Shown: one piece after another, positions 9,201 through 18,139 of the stretch
Numbering within the stretch: position 1 is the stretch's first letter
Layout of the letters: each line of letters begins with the position of its first letter
Origin: Acidobacteriota bacterium
GTDB lineage: Bacteria > Acidobacteriota > UBA6911 > RPQK01 > JAJDTT01
Assembly: GCA_965217775.1 (NCBI GenBank)
Contig: CBDCJH010000002.1
Location: 3,488,001-3,552,000, forward strand
DNA: 64,000 nucleotides
Direction of reading: 5' to 3'
Program-made: the position numbers and the translations under genes
The notes under the pieces: model-generated
Database searches by the model: none
The model's input: the letters and a program-made list of their open reading frames with translations, nothing else
What the model was told of the DNA's origin: nothing

Positions 9201-9740
9201 CAGGCGCTCAAGAACTTCCTCTTCGACGACTACATCACGCGGCACCAGCGAGCGGAGGAACTGCTCAAACACCAGGAGTCGAAGACGCTGGAGTTCAAGT
9301 CGAGCCTGCGCTGGAACCTGAAGGAGGATCGCAAGGACGTCAAGCAGGTCACCCATGCGGCGCTCAAGACCGTCGCCGCCTTCCTCAACACCGAGGGCGG
9401 CGACCTCCTGATCGGCGTGGACGACGACCGCAAGGTGCTGGGCATCGCCCACGACCGTCTGGAGACCGACGACAAGTTCATGCTGCACCTGGCCCAGGTG
9501 GTGCGAAACGGCCTCGGCGACCGGGCCGGCACCTGCATCGATCCCAAGACCCAGATCGTGGAGGGGAAGACCGTCTGCCTCGTGAGCTGCCAGCGAAGTC
9601 CCGAGCCGGTCTACCTGCGGTGGAAGGGACTGGAAAAGGCAAAGGAGGGCGATCTCTACGTCCGGAGCGGCCCCGGCACGGTTCGACTCGGCAAGAAGGA
9701 TGCCGAGAAGTACGTGGCCACCCGGTTCGCCTCGAATTGA
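6204..9740 (+). CDS. hsdR: Type I restriction endonuclease subunit R with C-terminal AlbA_2/Schlafen domain
   Basis: Nuclease motif DLALFLNGIPIFTAELKN, Walker A HSAGSGKS, DEAH, FTATP, QTGFD, QTLSRLNR; last ~160 aa carry ESKTLEFKSS...TVAAFLNTEGGDLLIGVDDD. Confidence 0.95.
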   Translation: MSPEISERAFEEAIECALLRHGPDACPGDRTTVRESPPRYGAEPLPGGYHRRRAEDYDRGLCLIRADVLDFLLATQPKEWAKLKQHHGADVKPRFLSRLSREIARRGALDVLRNGVKDSGCKFRLAYFRPASGLNEELQRLHGANLFAVVRQLRFSAKNQQSVDLALFLNGIPIFTAELKNPLNGQDVEDAIRQYKHDRDPREPLFAYGRCLAHFAVDPEQVFVTTQLMGPKTRFLPFNQGRFGGAGNPPVPPTRSGFPTAYLWERIWARDSVLDLVRQFIHEVEVEDDRGRRTGKRFLIFPRYQQLDCVRRLVRHARNHGAGERYLIQHSAGSGKSFTIAWLAHRLSVLHDHEDRRVFDSVVVVTDRRVLDRQLQRTIRQFEQTLGVVENIDQTSRQLRQALEAGRTIIVTTLQKFPVIAEEIGQLPGKRFAVIVDEAHSSQSGESSRSLKAVLAAGSLEEAEHTEAGAETPEEELEERVLEEIRLRGRLPNLSTFAFTATPKPKTLELFGRKQPDGKFTPFHLYSMRQAIEEGFILDVLRNYTTYKAYWRLLKKIEDDPRFDKRKAEHLLKTFVELHPHAIREKIAICVEHFAAQAAGEIGGRAKAMIVTRSRLHTVRTRLALDRYLQEKGHPWKALVAFSGTVKDRGKSYTESGMNSAGQERVIGERQTAAEFEKPEYRFLVVANKFQTGFDQPLLHTMYVDKKLGGVNAVQTLSRLNRTHAGKRGTMVLDFANEAEEIKKAFEPYYETTLLSEGTDPNLLYEVQGRLLDFGVFGEDDVENFARAFFDPKAGQDKLYAALEPARQRFTELAPDEGREFRSQLTDYARLYAFLSQVLTFADTDLEKLYVFARHLRRLLSMGREALPLEIRESIDMESFRIQRTSRGRIALERQVRPLDPVGSKTRRGPGGDELEALSRIIEALNDRFGLNLGDEHRITLEQIRSALDRDAGLDASARVNTRENVRLTFDPKVEDKIQEIVDTNFDLYRRITDDPDFGQALKNFLFDDYITRHQRAEELLKHQESKTLEFKSSLRWNLKEDRKDVKQVTHAALKTVAAFLNTEGGDLLIGVDDDRKVLGIAHDRLETDDKFMLHLAQVVRNGLGDRAGTCIDPKTQIVEGKTVCLVSCQRSPEPVYLRWKGLEKAKEGDLYVRSGPGTVRLGKKDAEKYVATRFASN

Positions 9741-9988
9741 GACCCGCCCGACTGACCTTGCCCCTTGGGCCGCATTTCCCACTGGGGGGCGCGATCCCCG
9801 GACTCCTGTCGGCCAGGGCGAGCCGACCCTCCCGACCCAGGCAACCGCCGGCCCCAGAACGTATCCTCGGGCAGGCAACGACATTGCCGGACCGGACGCG
9901 CCGGAATGGCCCGGGCACGGCCAGAAGGAGTGGATGCAAACTCGATGACCGCCACCACCCAGGACGGGCCTGCCAGAGCAAAGGACAG

Positions 9989-10054
9989 TTGTGGAACGCC
10001 TGTCGGAATGCTGTTGACAGGGTGTGGGCCGCCTGTTGGAAAGCTGTGAATCAG
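9989..10054. repeat. Six phased 11-bp degenerate repeats (nTGT core)
   Basis: ttgtggaacgc/ctgtcggaatg/ctgttgacagg/gtgtgggccgc/ctgttggaaag/ctgtgaatcag. Confidence 0.6.
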
Positions 10055-10138
10055 GGTTCCGTCAACTCAATCGTTTCCGAATTCCAGGCCGACTCGACCG
10101 TCCCGCCACTAACAGGGCAAGTCGTGTAGAATGCAACG

Positions 10139-12475
10139 GTGCCCCGTCGAAAGAAACCCGCCGCTCGAAGAAAACCCTCCTCCCGCAAGAAGCCGTCTCC
10201 TCGCCGCCGCCGATTTCTGGTCTGGGTGACGTGCGCCGTTCTGATCATCGCAGCGGCCGTGACCGGATCCCTCACCGGCCTGGTCCTCACCTGGGGAATC
10301 GAACTGGCTCAAGTCGGTGAGCTGCAGCAGACCCGGCCGGATGTCATCTCCGAGGTCTATTCGGCGGACGGGCGGGTTCTGGGCATTTTCGGGGTGGAGA
10401 AGAGGCAGATCGTCACCTACGACAAGATTCCGGACACGGTGAAGAACACGATCCTGGCGGCCGAAGACTCGGACTTCTTCCGGCACGCCGGCATCGACTT
10501 CCGCCGCCTCATCTACACCATCTTCCGGAACATCGTCTACGGAGAACGAAAAGGCGCCTCCACCATCACCATGCAGTTGAGCAAACTGCTGCTGACCAGT
10601 CCCGAGGTGACGATCAAGCGCAAGATTCAGGACATGATCTTCGCCATCCAGATCGAGCGCACCCTGTCCAAGGAGCAGATCCTCACCCGCTACGTCAACC
10701 AGATGTACATGGGGCACGGGAGATACGGACTGGCGGCCGCTTCCGAGTTCTACTTCCAGAAAAACATGAACGAACTGGAGTGGCACGAGGCGGCCCTGCT
10801 GGCAGGCCTGATTCGGACGCCCGCCAGGTATTCTCCCCTGAATCACCCGGACTTGGCCGTGAAGCGAAGAAACTGGGTTCTGGAACGAACTTACGATGAG
10901 GGCTTCATCGACGCGGAGAGGCTGCGAACCAATCTGCAGGAGCCACTGGGTCTGAAGACCTGGGACCGGCAACAGACGCCGGCCCCCTACTTCGTGGAGT
11001 GGGTTCGCCAATATCTGGAGAAACGGTTCCCCGGCGGGGAGATTCACACGAGAGGTCTGAAGATTTACACGACTCTGGACTACGAACTTCAGACGGCGGC
11101 CGAAAGGGCGCTTCGTGACGGATTGAAGGCGTTCGACAAGAAGCGGCGGAGATGGCGCGGCGCCAAAGATAACATCCTCGAGGCCGGGAAAGAGCTGGAG
11201 GGGTACTGGCGTTCCGATTGGGACACCATTTTTTCCCCCGGTCAGATGGTCCACGGCCTCGTTCTGCAATCGGACGAGCGTACGGCAGAGGTGAAGGTCG
11301 GCAGCTACCGGGCCACGGTCCGGCCCAACCACGTGGACTGGACCGGAAAGAAGCGATTGGACCAGGTCCTCAAGGCGGGTGACGTCTGCGCCTTTACCCT
11401 GGAGAGCATCAACCGTGAGGAACGGACCGTCGAAGTGAAGCTGGACCGGGTTCCCGAAGTTCAGGGGTCGCTGATGGCCATCGAGAGCGGGACCGGCGCC
11501 ATTCGAGCCATGGTGGGGGGGTTCGACTTTCGATACAGCAAGTTCAATCGAGCCACCCAGGCTCTGAGACAACCCGGTTCCGTGTTCAAGCCCTTCACCT
11601 ACGTGGCCGCGGTGGAAAGCGGCTATGCGCCCGAGGACACGGTTCTGGACAGCCCGGTGGAGTTTCGGGACGGTCTGGGCCGCCCTTACCGTCCGGTGAA
11701 CGCGGACGGAAAATACAAGGGGCTCATCCCCATCCGTCAGGCCTTGGCGCAGTCCCGAAACGTCCCCACGCTGCGTCTGGCCAACGCGATGGGGGTCGAG
11801 AGAGTCGTCGAAGTGGCGCACCGGTTCGGAATCCAACGGGACATCCCACTCTATCTGCCCACCGCTCTGGGAGCGGGCGAGGTCACCCTGGAGGAGATCA
11901 CGTCCGCGTTCACCGCCTTCCCCAACGGCGGGGTCCGGGTCCATCCCCATTTCATCGACCGGGTGGAAGACGCGAACGGTGTTCTTCTGGAGCGCCATGA
12001 GGCCGGCGTGGACGAGGTCGTCACCCGGGAGACCGCCGAGGCGATGCTGGACCTGTTGAGAAACGTGGTCCTGAGAGGAACCGCCCGCAAGGCCCGGAGT
12101 CTGCCGATTCCGGTCGCCGGGAAGACGGGCACCACCAACGACTGTACCGATAGCTGGTTCGTGGGATTCAGCAAGCTGCTGACGGCCGGCGTCTGGGTGG
12201 GGCACGACACCAAGATTTCGATGGGTGAAAGGGTCTATGGCAGCACCCTGGCCCTTCCCATCTGGATCGATTTCATGAAGGAGACCGTGGGCAAGACTCC
12301 GCCGGGAAACTTCGGGACGGAACTTTACGCCGCCCGTCGAGCCGCTCCAGCTCCTGCACCGGTGGCAGAGGCGGACCCCGATGAGGGAGAGGCCGAACAG
12401 CAGGAGAAACCCGCCGTGAAACCGAAACCGCTACCGAACATCATGGTGGAGGACATCCCCGCACCTTCTTTCTGA
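10139..12475 (+). CDS. mrcA: Class A penicillin-binding protein (PBP1A family)
   Basis: TM anchor; transglycosylase motifs EDSDFFRHAG, GASTITMQL; transpeptidase SVFK, SRN, KTG. Confidence 0.93.
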   Translation: MPRRKKPAARRKPSSRKKPSPRRRRFLVWVTCAVLIIAAAVTGSLTGLVLTWGIELAQVGELQQTRPDVISEVYSADGRVLGIFGVEKRQIVTYDKIPDTVKNTILAAEDSDFFRHAGIDFRRLIYTIFRNIVYGERKGASTITMQLSKLLLTSPEVTIKRKIQDMIFAIQIERTLSKEQILTRYVNQMYMGHGRYGLAAASEFYFQKNMNELEWHEAALLAGLIRTPARYSPLNHPDLAVKRRNWVLERTYDEGFIDAERLRTNLQEPLGLKTWDRQQTPAPYFVEWVRQYLEKRFPGGEIHTRGLKIYTTLDYELQTAAERALRDGLKAFDKKRRRWRGAKDNILEAGKELEGYWRSDWDTIFSPGQMVHGLVLQSDERTAEVKVGSYRATVRPNHVDWTGKKRLDQVLKAGDVCAFTLESINREERTVEVKLDRVPEVQGSLMAIESGTGAIRAMVGGFDFRYSKFNRATQALRQPGSVFKPFTYVAAVESGYAPEDTVLDSPVEFRDGLGRPYRPVNADGKYKGLIPIRQALAQSRNVPTLRLANAMGVERVVEVAHRFGIQRDIPLYLPTALGAGEVTLEEITSAFTAFPNGGVRVHPHFIDRVEDANGVLLERHEAGVDEVVTRETAEAMLDLLRNVVLRGTARKARSLPIPVAGKTGTTNDCTDSWFVGFSKLLTAGVWVGHDTKISMGERVYGSTLALPIWIDFMKETVGKTPPGNFGTELYAARRAAPAPAPVAEADPDEGEAEQQEKPAVKPKPLPNIMVEDIPAPSF

Positions 12476-12684
12476 CGGGCGCCGGAGAGGCTCCCCGTGA
12501 CCTTCGACGGCCTTCGAACCTCATGCGTCCGCTCCGGAAACCGACACTGAAGATTCGGATTCAGGGCGCCGAATCGTAACGGCTTCCGAAAAAGCCAAGC
12601 CAATTCGGAAGACACTCCGAAATAGTTCGACTGCGCAGGCCACTCCACGGAGGTCATTCCCCCAGGTGGAACTCCGGCATATTT

Positions 12685-13683
12685 TCAGTTGTTTCGATTC
12701 AGGACGAAGTCGGGCACCTGGAGGAGGGCGTCCCGGTAGATGGAATCGGGAAAGACCGCAAGTGCATCCCTGGCCTGTTTGGCGTAGGCTTGGGCTCGCA
12801 GCTTCAGTTCATCCAAAGCTCCGTACTTCCAGACCAGGCCCAGAATCTCCTGCTTGTTGGCATCGCTGAAATCGTGCCGGAGAATCACCTGCCGGAGAAA
12901 ATCCCTTTCCGCCGGGCGGGCCCGGCGCAGCATGAAGATGATGGGGAGCGTCATCTTCCCCTCTTCCAGGTCCTTGAGGACCGGCTTGCCCATGTCCTTC
13001 TGGGCGGAGGTGTAGTCGAGCTGGTCGTCCACCAGTTGGAAGGCCATCCCCAGGGACCGGCCGTAGAGGGCGAGACCCTCCTCCCGAGCCCGATCCATAT
13101 TGCCGAGAATCGCTCCCAGACGGCCGCAACCGGAGAAGAGGTAAGCCGTCTTGTAGAGACTGATCTCCAACTGCTGTTGCTCGGTGACGTCCATGCGCCC
13201 CTCCTGCTCCAGTTGCAGGAGCTCCCCCTCCACCATTTTGCGGGTGATGTCGATGAGGATGTCCAAGATCCTCATCGACCGCTCCTTCATGGCGATCTGG
13301 AAGGAGGTCATGTAGAGCCAGTCGCCCATGAGGACCGTGATCTGATTGCCCCACTTGGCGTTGACCGAGGGCCGTCCACGGCGGACATCGCTGTTGTCGA
13401 TGATGTCGTCGTGGACCAGAGTGGCCACGTGGATCAACTCCACCACCACGCTCAGCCGCAACGCCGCTTCGGCAGGCCCCCCACTGAGCTTGGAAGCCAG
13501 CAGCAGGACCGCCGGCCGAAGCCGTTTGCCACCGCTCGTGTGCAGATACCGATTGATGTCGTTGACCAGCGGAATCGCGCTCTGGATCTCCGAATCGAGG
13601 CGGGTCTCCACCTCGGCCAGATCCGATTTCACCAGCAGGAAAATGTCTTTCAGAGTGAGGCGGCGGCTAATCTGCACGTCCAT
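12685..13683 (-). CDS. Polyprenyl diphosphate synthase (IspB-like)
   Basis: GGKRLRP, LVHDDIID..RRG, FQLVDD.LD, DLEEGK.TLP. Confidence 0.93.
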   Translation of the reverse strand: MDVQISRRLTLKDIFLLVKSDLAEVETRLDSEIQSAIPLVNDINRYLHTSGGKRLRPAVLLLASKLSGGPAEAALRLSVVVELIHVATLVHDDIIDNSDVRRGRPSVNAKWGNQITVLMGDWLYMTSFQIAMKERSMRILDILIDITRKMVEGELLQLEQEGRMDVTEQQQLEISLYKTAYLFSGCGRLGAILGNMDRAREEGLALYGRSLGMAFQLVDDQLDYTSAQKDMGKPVLKDLEEGKMTLPIIFMLRRARPAERDFLRQVILRHDFSDANKQEILGLVWKYGALDELKLRAQAYAKQARDALAVFPDSIYRDALLQVPDFVLNRNN

Positions 13684-13829
13684 ACCTGGGTCTACGGTCC
13701 CGGGATTGCAGGGCCATCGGGAAAGCCCCCTTCTCCGACGATCTTCACGCCCGTCCGACGGACTGAGGCCGTTTCTCCGGTTGTGCTCGCCGCGTCTCCC
13801 CGCAAATAAGCGTGAAAACTATATCAACG

Positions 13830-14648
13830 TCAATTTGAGACTGCCAATCCGCCCGGACCCCGAAGGGAACCGACGCCGAACAATCTCTCGAAGTTCGATC
13901 TGGTGCGCTCACCCACCTGTTCCAGGGTCAGGGCCCGGATTCTCCCCAGTTCCCGCGCGATTTCCACCACCCGGGCAGGCTCGTTGGTCTTGCCCCTGAA
14001 GGGGACCGGGGCCAGGTAAGGGGAGTCGGTTTCGATCAGAATCCGGTCCACCGGCAAACGGCTCGCCACCGCTCGGAGCGAATTCGACTTGCGAAAGGTG
14101 AGAATGCCCCCCAGGCCGATGAAGAACCCCCGATCGAGACAGCGCCGGGCAGTCGGCTCATCGGAGGTAAAGCAATGGACCACACCGTTGAGTCCCTCCC
14201 CACTTGGGTACTTCTCCTCCAGAATCGAGCAGATCTCATCCTCGGCCTTCCTGGAGTGGATCACGATCGGTTTACCGGCAGCCTGAGCCAGCTCGATCTG
14301 TGCCAGGAACGCCTCCCTCTGAGCATCGGCATCGGAGTTCAGGTAGTGGTAGTCGAGACCGATCTCGCCCAAGGCCAGAGCCTTGGGATGGCGCAACAGA
14401 TCGGCCAGCTCGGAGGCGATGCCGTCCGCAAAGAAACGCGCGTCGTGGGGATGGACGCCGAAGGCCGCCCAGAGGAAATCGTAGCGGTCCAACAGTTTCA
14501 GCGTGGTCTCGACGGAATCACGATTCTCTTCCAGGCAACAGATGGTCAGAATCGACTCCACTCCCGCCTGGTGCGCCCGGGACAGAACTCCTTCCAGGTC
14601 GGATTGCAGGGCAGGAGCATCGAGATGGGCGTGGGAGTCAATGAACAC
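13830..14648 (-). CDS. tatD: TatD family hydrolase
   Basis: IDSHAHL, GVHPH, GEIGLD, IVIHSR, VVHCF, ETDSPYL. Confidence 0.95.
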   Translation of the reverse strand: MFIDSHAHLDAPALQSDLEGVLSRAHQAGVESILTICCLEENRDSVETTLKLLDRYDFLWAAFGVHPHDARFFADGIASELADLLRHPKALALGEIGLDYHYLNSDADAQREAFLAQIELAQAAGKPIVIHSRKAEDEICSILEEKYPSGEGLNGVVHCFTSDEPTARRCLDRGFFIGLGGILTFRKSNSLRAVASRLPVDRILIETDSPYLAPVPFRGKTNEPARVVEIARELGRIRALTLEQVGERTRSNFERLFGVGSLRGPGGLAVSN

Positions 14649-14669
14649 TGGACGATCTCCAGCCGGCGC

Positions 14670-16619
14670 TCAGGTCAGAACCGACCCCAGGCGGACCTCT
14701 TCGGTGAAGGTGGCCAGGACCGGTTTTCCTCCGTCCGAAGCCGCTACGATCATCCCGTTGGATTCCACACCCATGAGCTTGGCTGGTTTGAGATTGGTCA
14801 CGATGACGACCAGACGGCCCGGCAGAGACTCGGGCGAATACTGCTCGGCGATTCCCGCCACCACCTGGCGGACCTCCGACCCCAGGTCCACCTTGAGCTT
14901 GAGCAGGCGGGTCGACTTGGGGATGGACTCGGCGCTCACGATCCGGGCCACCTGCATCCTGACCTTGGCGAACTCCTTGATGTCGATGCGGGCATCTTGC
15001 CGGCCACCGGTCTCGGCGGCCGCAGTCCTCTTCGATTTGGCTCCCCTGGCTGCGGCAGCGGCGCTGGGAGCGCGTCGATTCTTCACTTTCACTCGAAACT
15101 CCTTCTTGTCCAGACGCGGGTAGATGTGACTCAACTTTCCGATGGTGGAACCGCTCTCCAGACCGGCCCACTCCAGAGCGGAAATCCGATGATCCTCCAG
15201 GGGCCGGCGAATTCCGAGCTGGTTCATTATGGAGGCCGCCCCCTCAGGGACGATGGGCCCCAGCATCACCGCGATCAGCCGCAACGCCTCGGCGGCGTGG
15301 TACAGGACACTCCCCAACTGCGCCCGGCGGCTCGGGACCTTGGCCAGAATCCAGGGCTCGTTGACCACCAGGTACTTGTTCACCCGGCTGATCAGCCCCC
15401 AGACCGCCTCCATGGCCTTGTTGATCTGGAGATTTCCGAACCGTTCCCGGTAGAGTCGCGCGGTTTCGCCGCAGAAATCCCGAAGTTCCCGGCCCCGCTC
15501 GTCCGCCGATCCTCCATCCGGAATGACGCCGCCGAAATAGCTTCGGATCATCTTCAGCGTGCGTTGGACCAAATTTCCCAGATCGTTGGCCAGGTCGCTG
15601 TTGACCCGCGTCCGCAGCCCGTCGAAGGAGAAGTTTCCGTCGGAGCCCAACGGAATCTCCCGGAGCAGGAAGTAACGGAAGTAGTCGGTCCGGACCACGT
15701 TCGAGAGCTCGGCGGCGGTGATGAAATTACCCTTGGACTTGGACATCTTCTCCCCTTCGATGGTCCACCATCCGTGGCTCAGAACCCGCTTGGGAGGAGC
15801 CAGCCCGGCCGCCATCAGAAACGCCGGCCAGTAAACGGCGTGAAAACGGAGGATGTCCTTGCCGATGAGATGCACGTCTACGGGCCACCACTTCTCGAAC
15901 CTCTCCTCGTCGGTTCCATAGCCCATTCCGGAGATGTATCCGGTGAGGGCGTCGAACCAGACGTAGAAGATGTGCCTCTCGTCGTCCGGAACGGGGATGC
16001 CCCAGCGAAATGAGGTGCGGCTGATGCTGAGGTCCTGAAGACCGCCCTCGACGAAGCGGACCACCTCGTTCATTCGGGAGCGAGGGACCACGAAGTCCGG
16101 GTTCTCCCGGTAGAACCTGAGCAATTTCTCCTGGAACGCCGACAGCTCGAAGAAGTAGCTGTCCTCGGTCATGAACTCGGTAGGCCGCCCACAGTCGGGA
16201 CAATTCCGGCCTTCCGCCACATAGGCCTCGCAACCCACGCAGTAGTTGCCCTGATACTGACCGAGATAGACGCTTCCGCTCTTCTTGACCGCCCGGAAGA
16301 GCTTGGCGACGGCGCGATAGTGACGCTCCTGGGTGGTACGGATGAACTCGTTGAAGCTCAAACCGAGCCGCTCCCAGGTGTTTCGAAACTTGCCGGCATA
16401 GGTGTCCACCAGCTCCTGGGGCTCGATGCCCTGTTGCCGGGCCGACCGCTCGATCTTGAGACCGTGCTCGTCGGTGCCGGTCAGGAAGGAGACGTCGTCG
16501 CCGCACATTCTCCGGTAGCGGACGATGGCGTCGGCGATAACGGTGGTGTAGGTATGCCCGACGTGGGGCACGTCGTTGACATAGTAGAGAGGAGTCGTGA
16601 GGTAGAAGGTCTTGGCCAT
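14670..16619 (-). CDS. metG: Methionine--tRNA ligase with C-terminal tRNA-binding domain
   Basis: TTPLYYVN..PHVGH, GTDEHG, zinc knuckle, KMSKS. Confidence 0.97.
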   Translation of the reverse strand: MAKTFYLTTPLYYVNDVPHVGHTYTTVIADAIVRYRRMCGDDVSFLTGTDEHGLKIERSARQQGIEPQELVDTYAGKFRNTWERLGLSFNEFIRTTQERHYRAVAKLFRAVKKSGSVYLGQYQGNYCVGCEAYVAEGRNCPDCGRPTEFMTEDSYFFELSAFQEKLLRFYRENPDFVVPRSRMNEVVRFVEGGLQDLSISRTSFRWGIPVPDDERHIFYVWFDALTGYISGMGYGTDEERFEKWWPVDVHLIGKDILRFHAVYWPAFLMAAGLAPPKRVLSHGWWTIEGEKMSKSKGNFITAAELSNVVRTDYFRYFLLREIPLGSDGNFSFDGLRTRVNSDLANDLGNLVQRTLKMIRSYFGGVIPDGGSADERGRELRDFCGETARLYRERFGNLQINKAMEAVWGLISRVNKYLVVNEPWILAKVPSRRAQLGSVLYHAAEALRLIAVMLGPIVPEGAASIMNQLGIRRPLEDHRISALEWAGLESGSTIGKLSHIYPRLDKKEFRVKVKNRRAPSAAAAARGAKSKRTAAAETGGRQDARIDIKEFAKVRMQVARIVSAESIPKSTRLLKLKVDLGSEVRQVVAGIAEQYSPESLPGRLVVIVTNLKPAKLMGVESNGMIVAASDGGKPVLATFTEEVRLGSVLT

Positions 16620-16625
16620 GGCCCC

Positions 16626-17861
16626 CTATTCCGTCTCGGTCGCCTCGCGGATCGCCATCTGTCTCAGATTCTTCAACGGAATACGGGTCCTTGCGGCGAT
16701 CCTTTTCAGGTCTTCGTACTCGGGCCATACGGTGACCGGCTCTCCCCGAAAGCGTCCCACCTTGACTCGAACCGTTCCGTGCCCGGTCTCCACCTCCCGG
16801 AACTCGCGCTCCAGGACCCAGCGCCGCCACGGCTTCCAACGAACCCCCAGGGTTGTCGTCTCGCGGAAGAGGAGGCCCATCATACGGTCACGATCCGGTG
16901 GGCGGCAGAGCAACGAAAGATGGTGTCCGGGCCTTCCTTTCTTCATATGCTGGGGTACGCAACGGACGTCCAGAGCTCCTTCGCCCAGAGCCGTCTCCAT
17001 GACGTAGCCGATGGCTTCGGGATCCAGGTCGTCGATGTCGGCCTCCAGGACCAGGACCTCTTCGTCACGCACTCCTTCGGCGGTCGCCGGGGAGGGTTTT
17101 TCCTCGCCGGCTTCACTGCCGAGCACCAGTCTCAACATGTTGGGGATTCCGGGCAACTCCCGGTCTCCGGCACCGAAGCCCCATCGATCCAGAGTCCAGG
17201 CCGGCGTCGCGGCGCCGGGCGCGGTCAACGTCGTCACGATGGCCGCCCCGGTGGGCGTGGTCATCTCCGCCTGCACCTCCCCCATGACCACGGGATAGCC
17301 GCGGACCAAGTGAGCGGTCGCGGGCGCGGGGACGGGCCAGGTGCCGTGGGAGAAGGTCACGGTGCCGCCGCCCAGGTTCAGGGGACTGGAGAAAAAACGG
17401 CGGGCGCCGAAGTAGTGGAATCCGATGCAGGCCCCAACGATATCCACGATGGCATCCACCGCGCCCACCTCATGAAAGTGGACATGCTCCACCGATTCTC
17501 CGTGGACGGCCGCCTCGGCCCTGGCCAGCCGCCGAAACACCGACAGCGCCATCTCCTTGACCGGATCCTCCAGACCACTCTTTTCGATCAGCCCGTAGAT
17601 CTGCCCGGGCGGGCGTCCATGGGAGTGCCGCCCATTCTCGATCTCGACCCGGAAGTCGGTCCCCGAGAGTCCGTTCCGGTCGATCTTGCGGGCGGTGAGG
17701 CGATACGGCTCCAGCGGCAATGAAGCGAGCCGACGCCGAAGATGATCCAAGGGGAGCCCCAGATCCAGCAACCCCCCCAGGATCATGTCTCCGCTCACGC
17801 CGTTGAAGGCGTCGAAGTAGAGAATGCGATCCCGGCCGCCGTCCGTTCCCATCCCGCACAC
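16626..17861 (-). CDS. larC: Nickel-pincer cofactor biosynthesis protein LarC
   Basis: G.SGDMILG, HVHFHEVGAVDAIVDI, HG..PVPAPAT, TPTGAA, MKKGRPG, ETTTLGVR, PEYED. Confidence 0.93.
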   Translation of the reverse strand: MCGMGTDGGRDRILYFDAFNGVSGDMILGGLLDLGLPLDHLRRRLASLPLEPYRLTARKIDRNGLSGTDFRVEIENGRHSHGRPPGQIYGLIEKSGLEDPVKEMALSVFRRLARAEAAVHGESVEHVHFHEVGAVDAIVDIVGACIGFHYFGARRFFSSPLNLGGGTVTFSHGTWPVPAPATAHLVRGYPVVMGEVQAEMTTPTGAAIVTTLTAPGAATPAWTLDRWGFGAGDRELPGIPNMLRLVLGSEAGEEKPSPATAEGVRDEEVLVLEADIDDLDPEAIGYVMETALGEGALDVRCVPQHMKKGRPGHHLSLLCRPPDRDRMMGLLFRETTTLGVRWKPWRRWVLEREFREVETGHGTVRVKVGRFRGEPVTVWPEYEDLKRIAARTRIPLKNLRQMAIREATETE

Positions 17862-18139
17862 AATAGCACGGCCGGAGAGGAAGACAGGAAAGGAGGAAAG
17901 AGGAAAGAGAGAAGAGGGAATGTTCGGATAGCGGAGATTTGGAGGAAAAACGATTCAGCCGTGGCCACGTCGACCCATCGAACATGAACCGCGGTCCCTC
18001 CCCTGACTTCGCTGGAACCTGACGGGTGGTCGAGTCCCTGAGACCACGTTGCCGCCTCTGACTTCCCACTACTTTTTTCTCTTTTCTCTTTCCTCTTTCC
18101 TCGCCCGGACCCCTCTCCGGCGTCTGATATCATTGGCCC

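Noticed and set aside
6450-9884. 1144-aa antisense ORF opposite hsdR
   Set aside because: Shadow ORF caused by high-GC codon bias; no recognisable motifs; fully overlaps a clear gene
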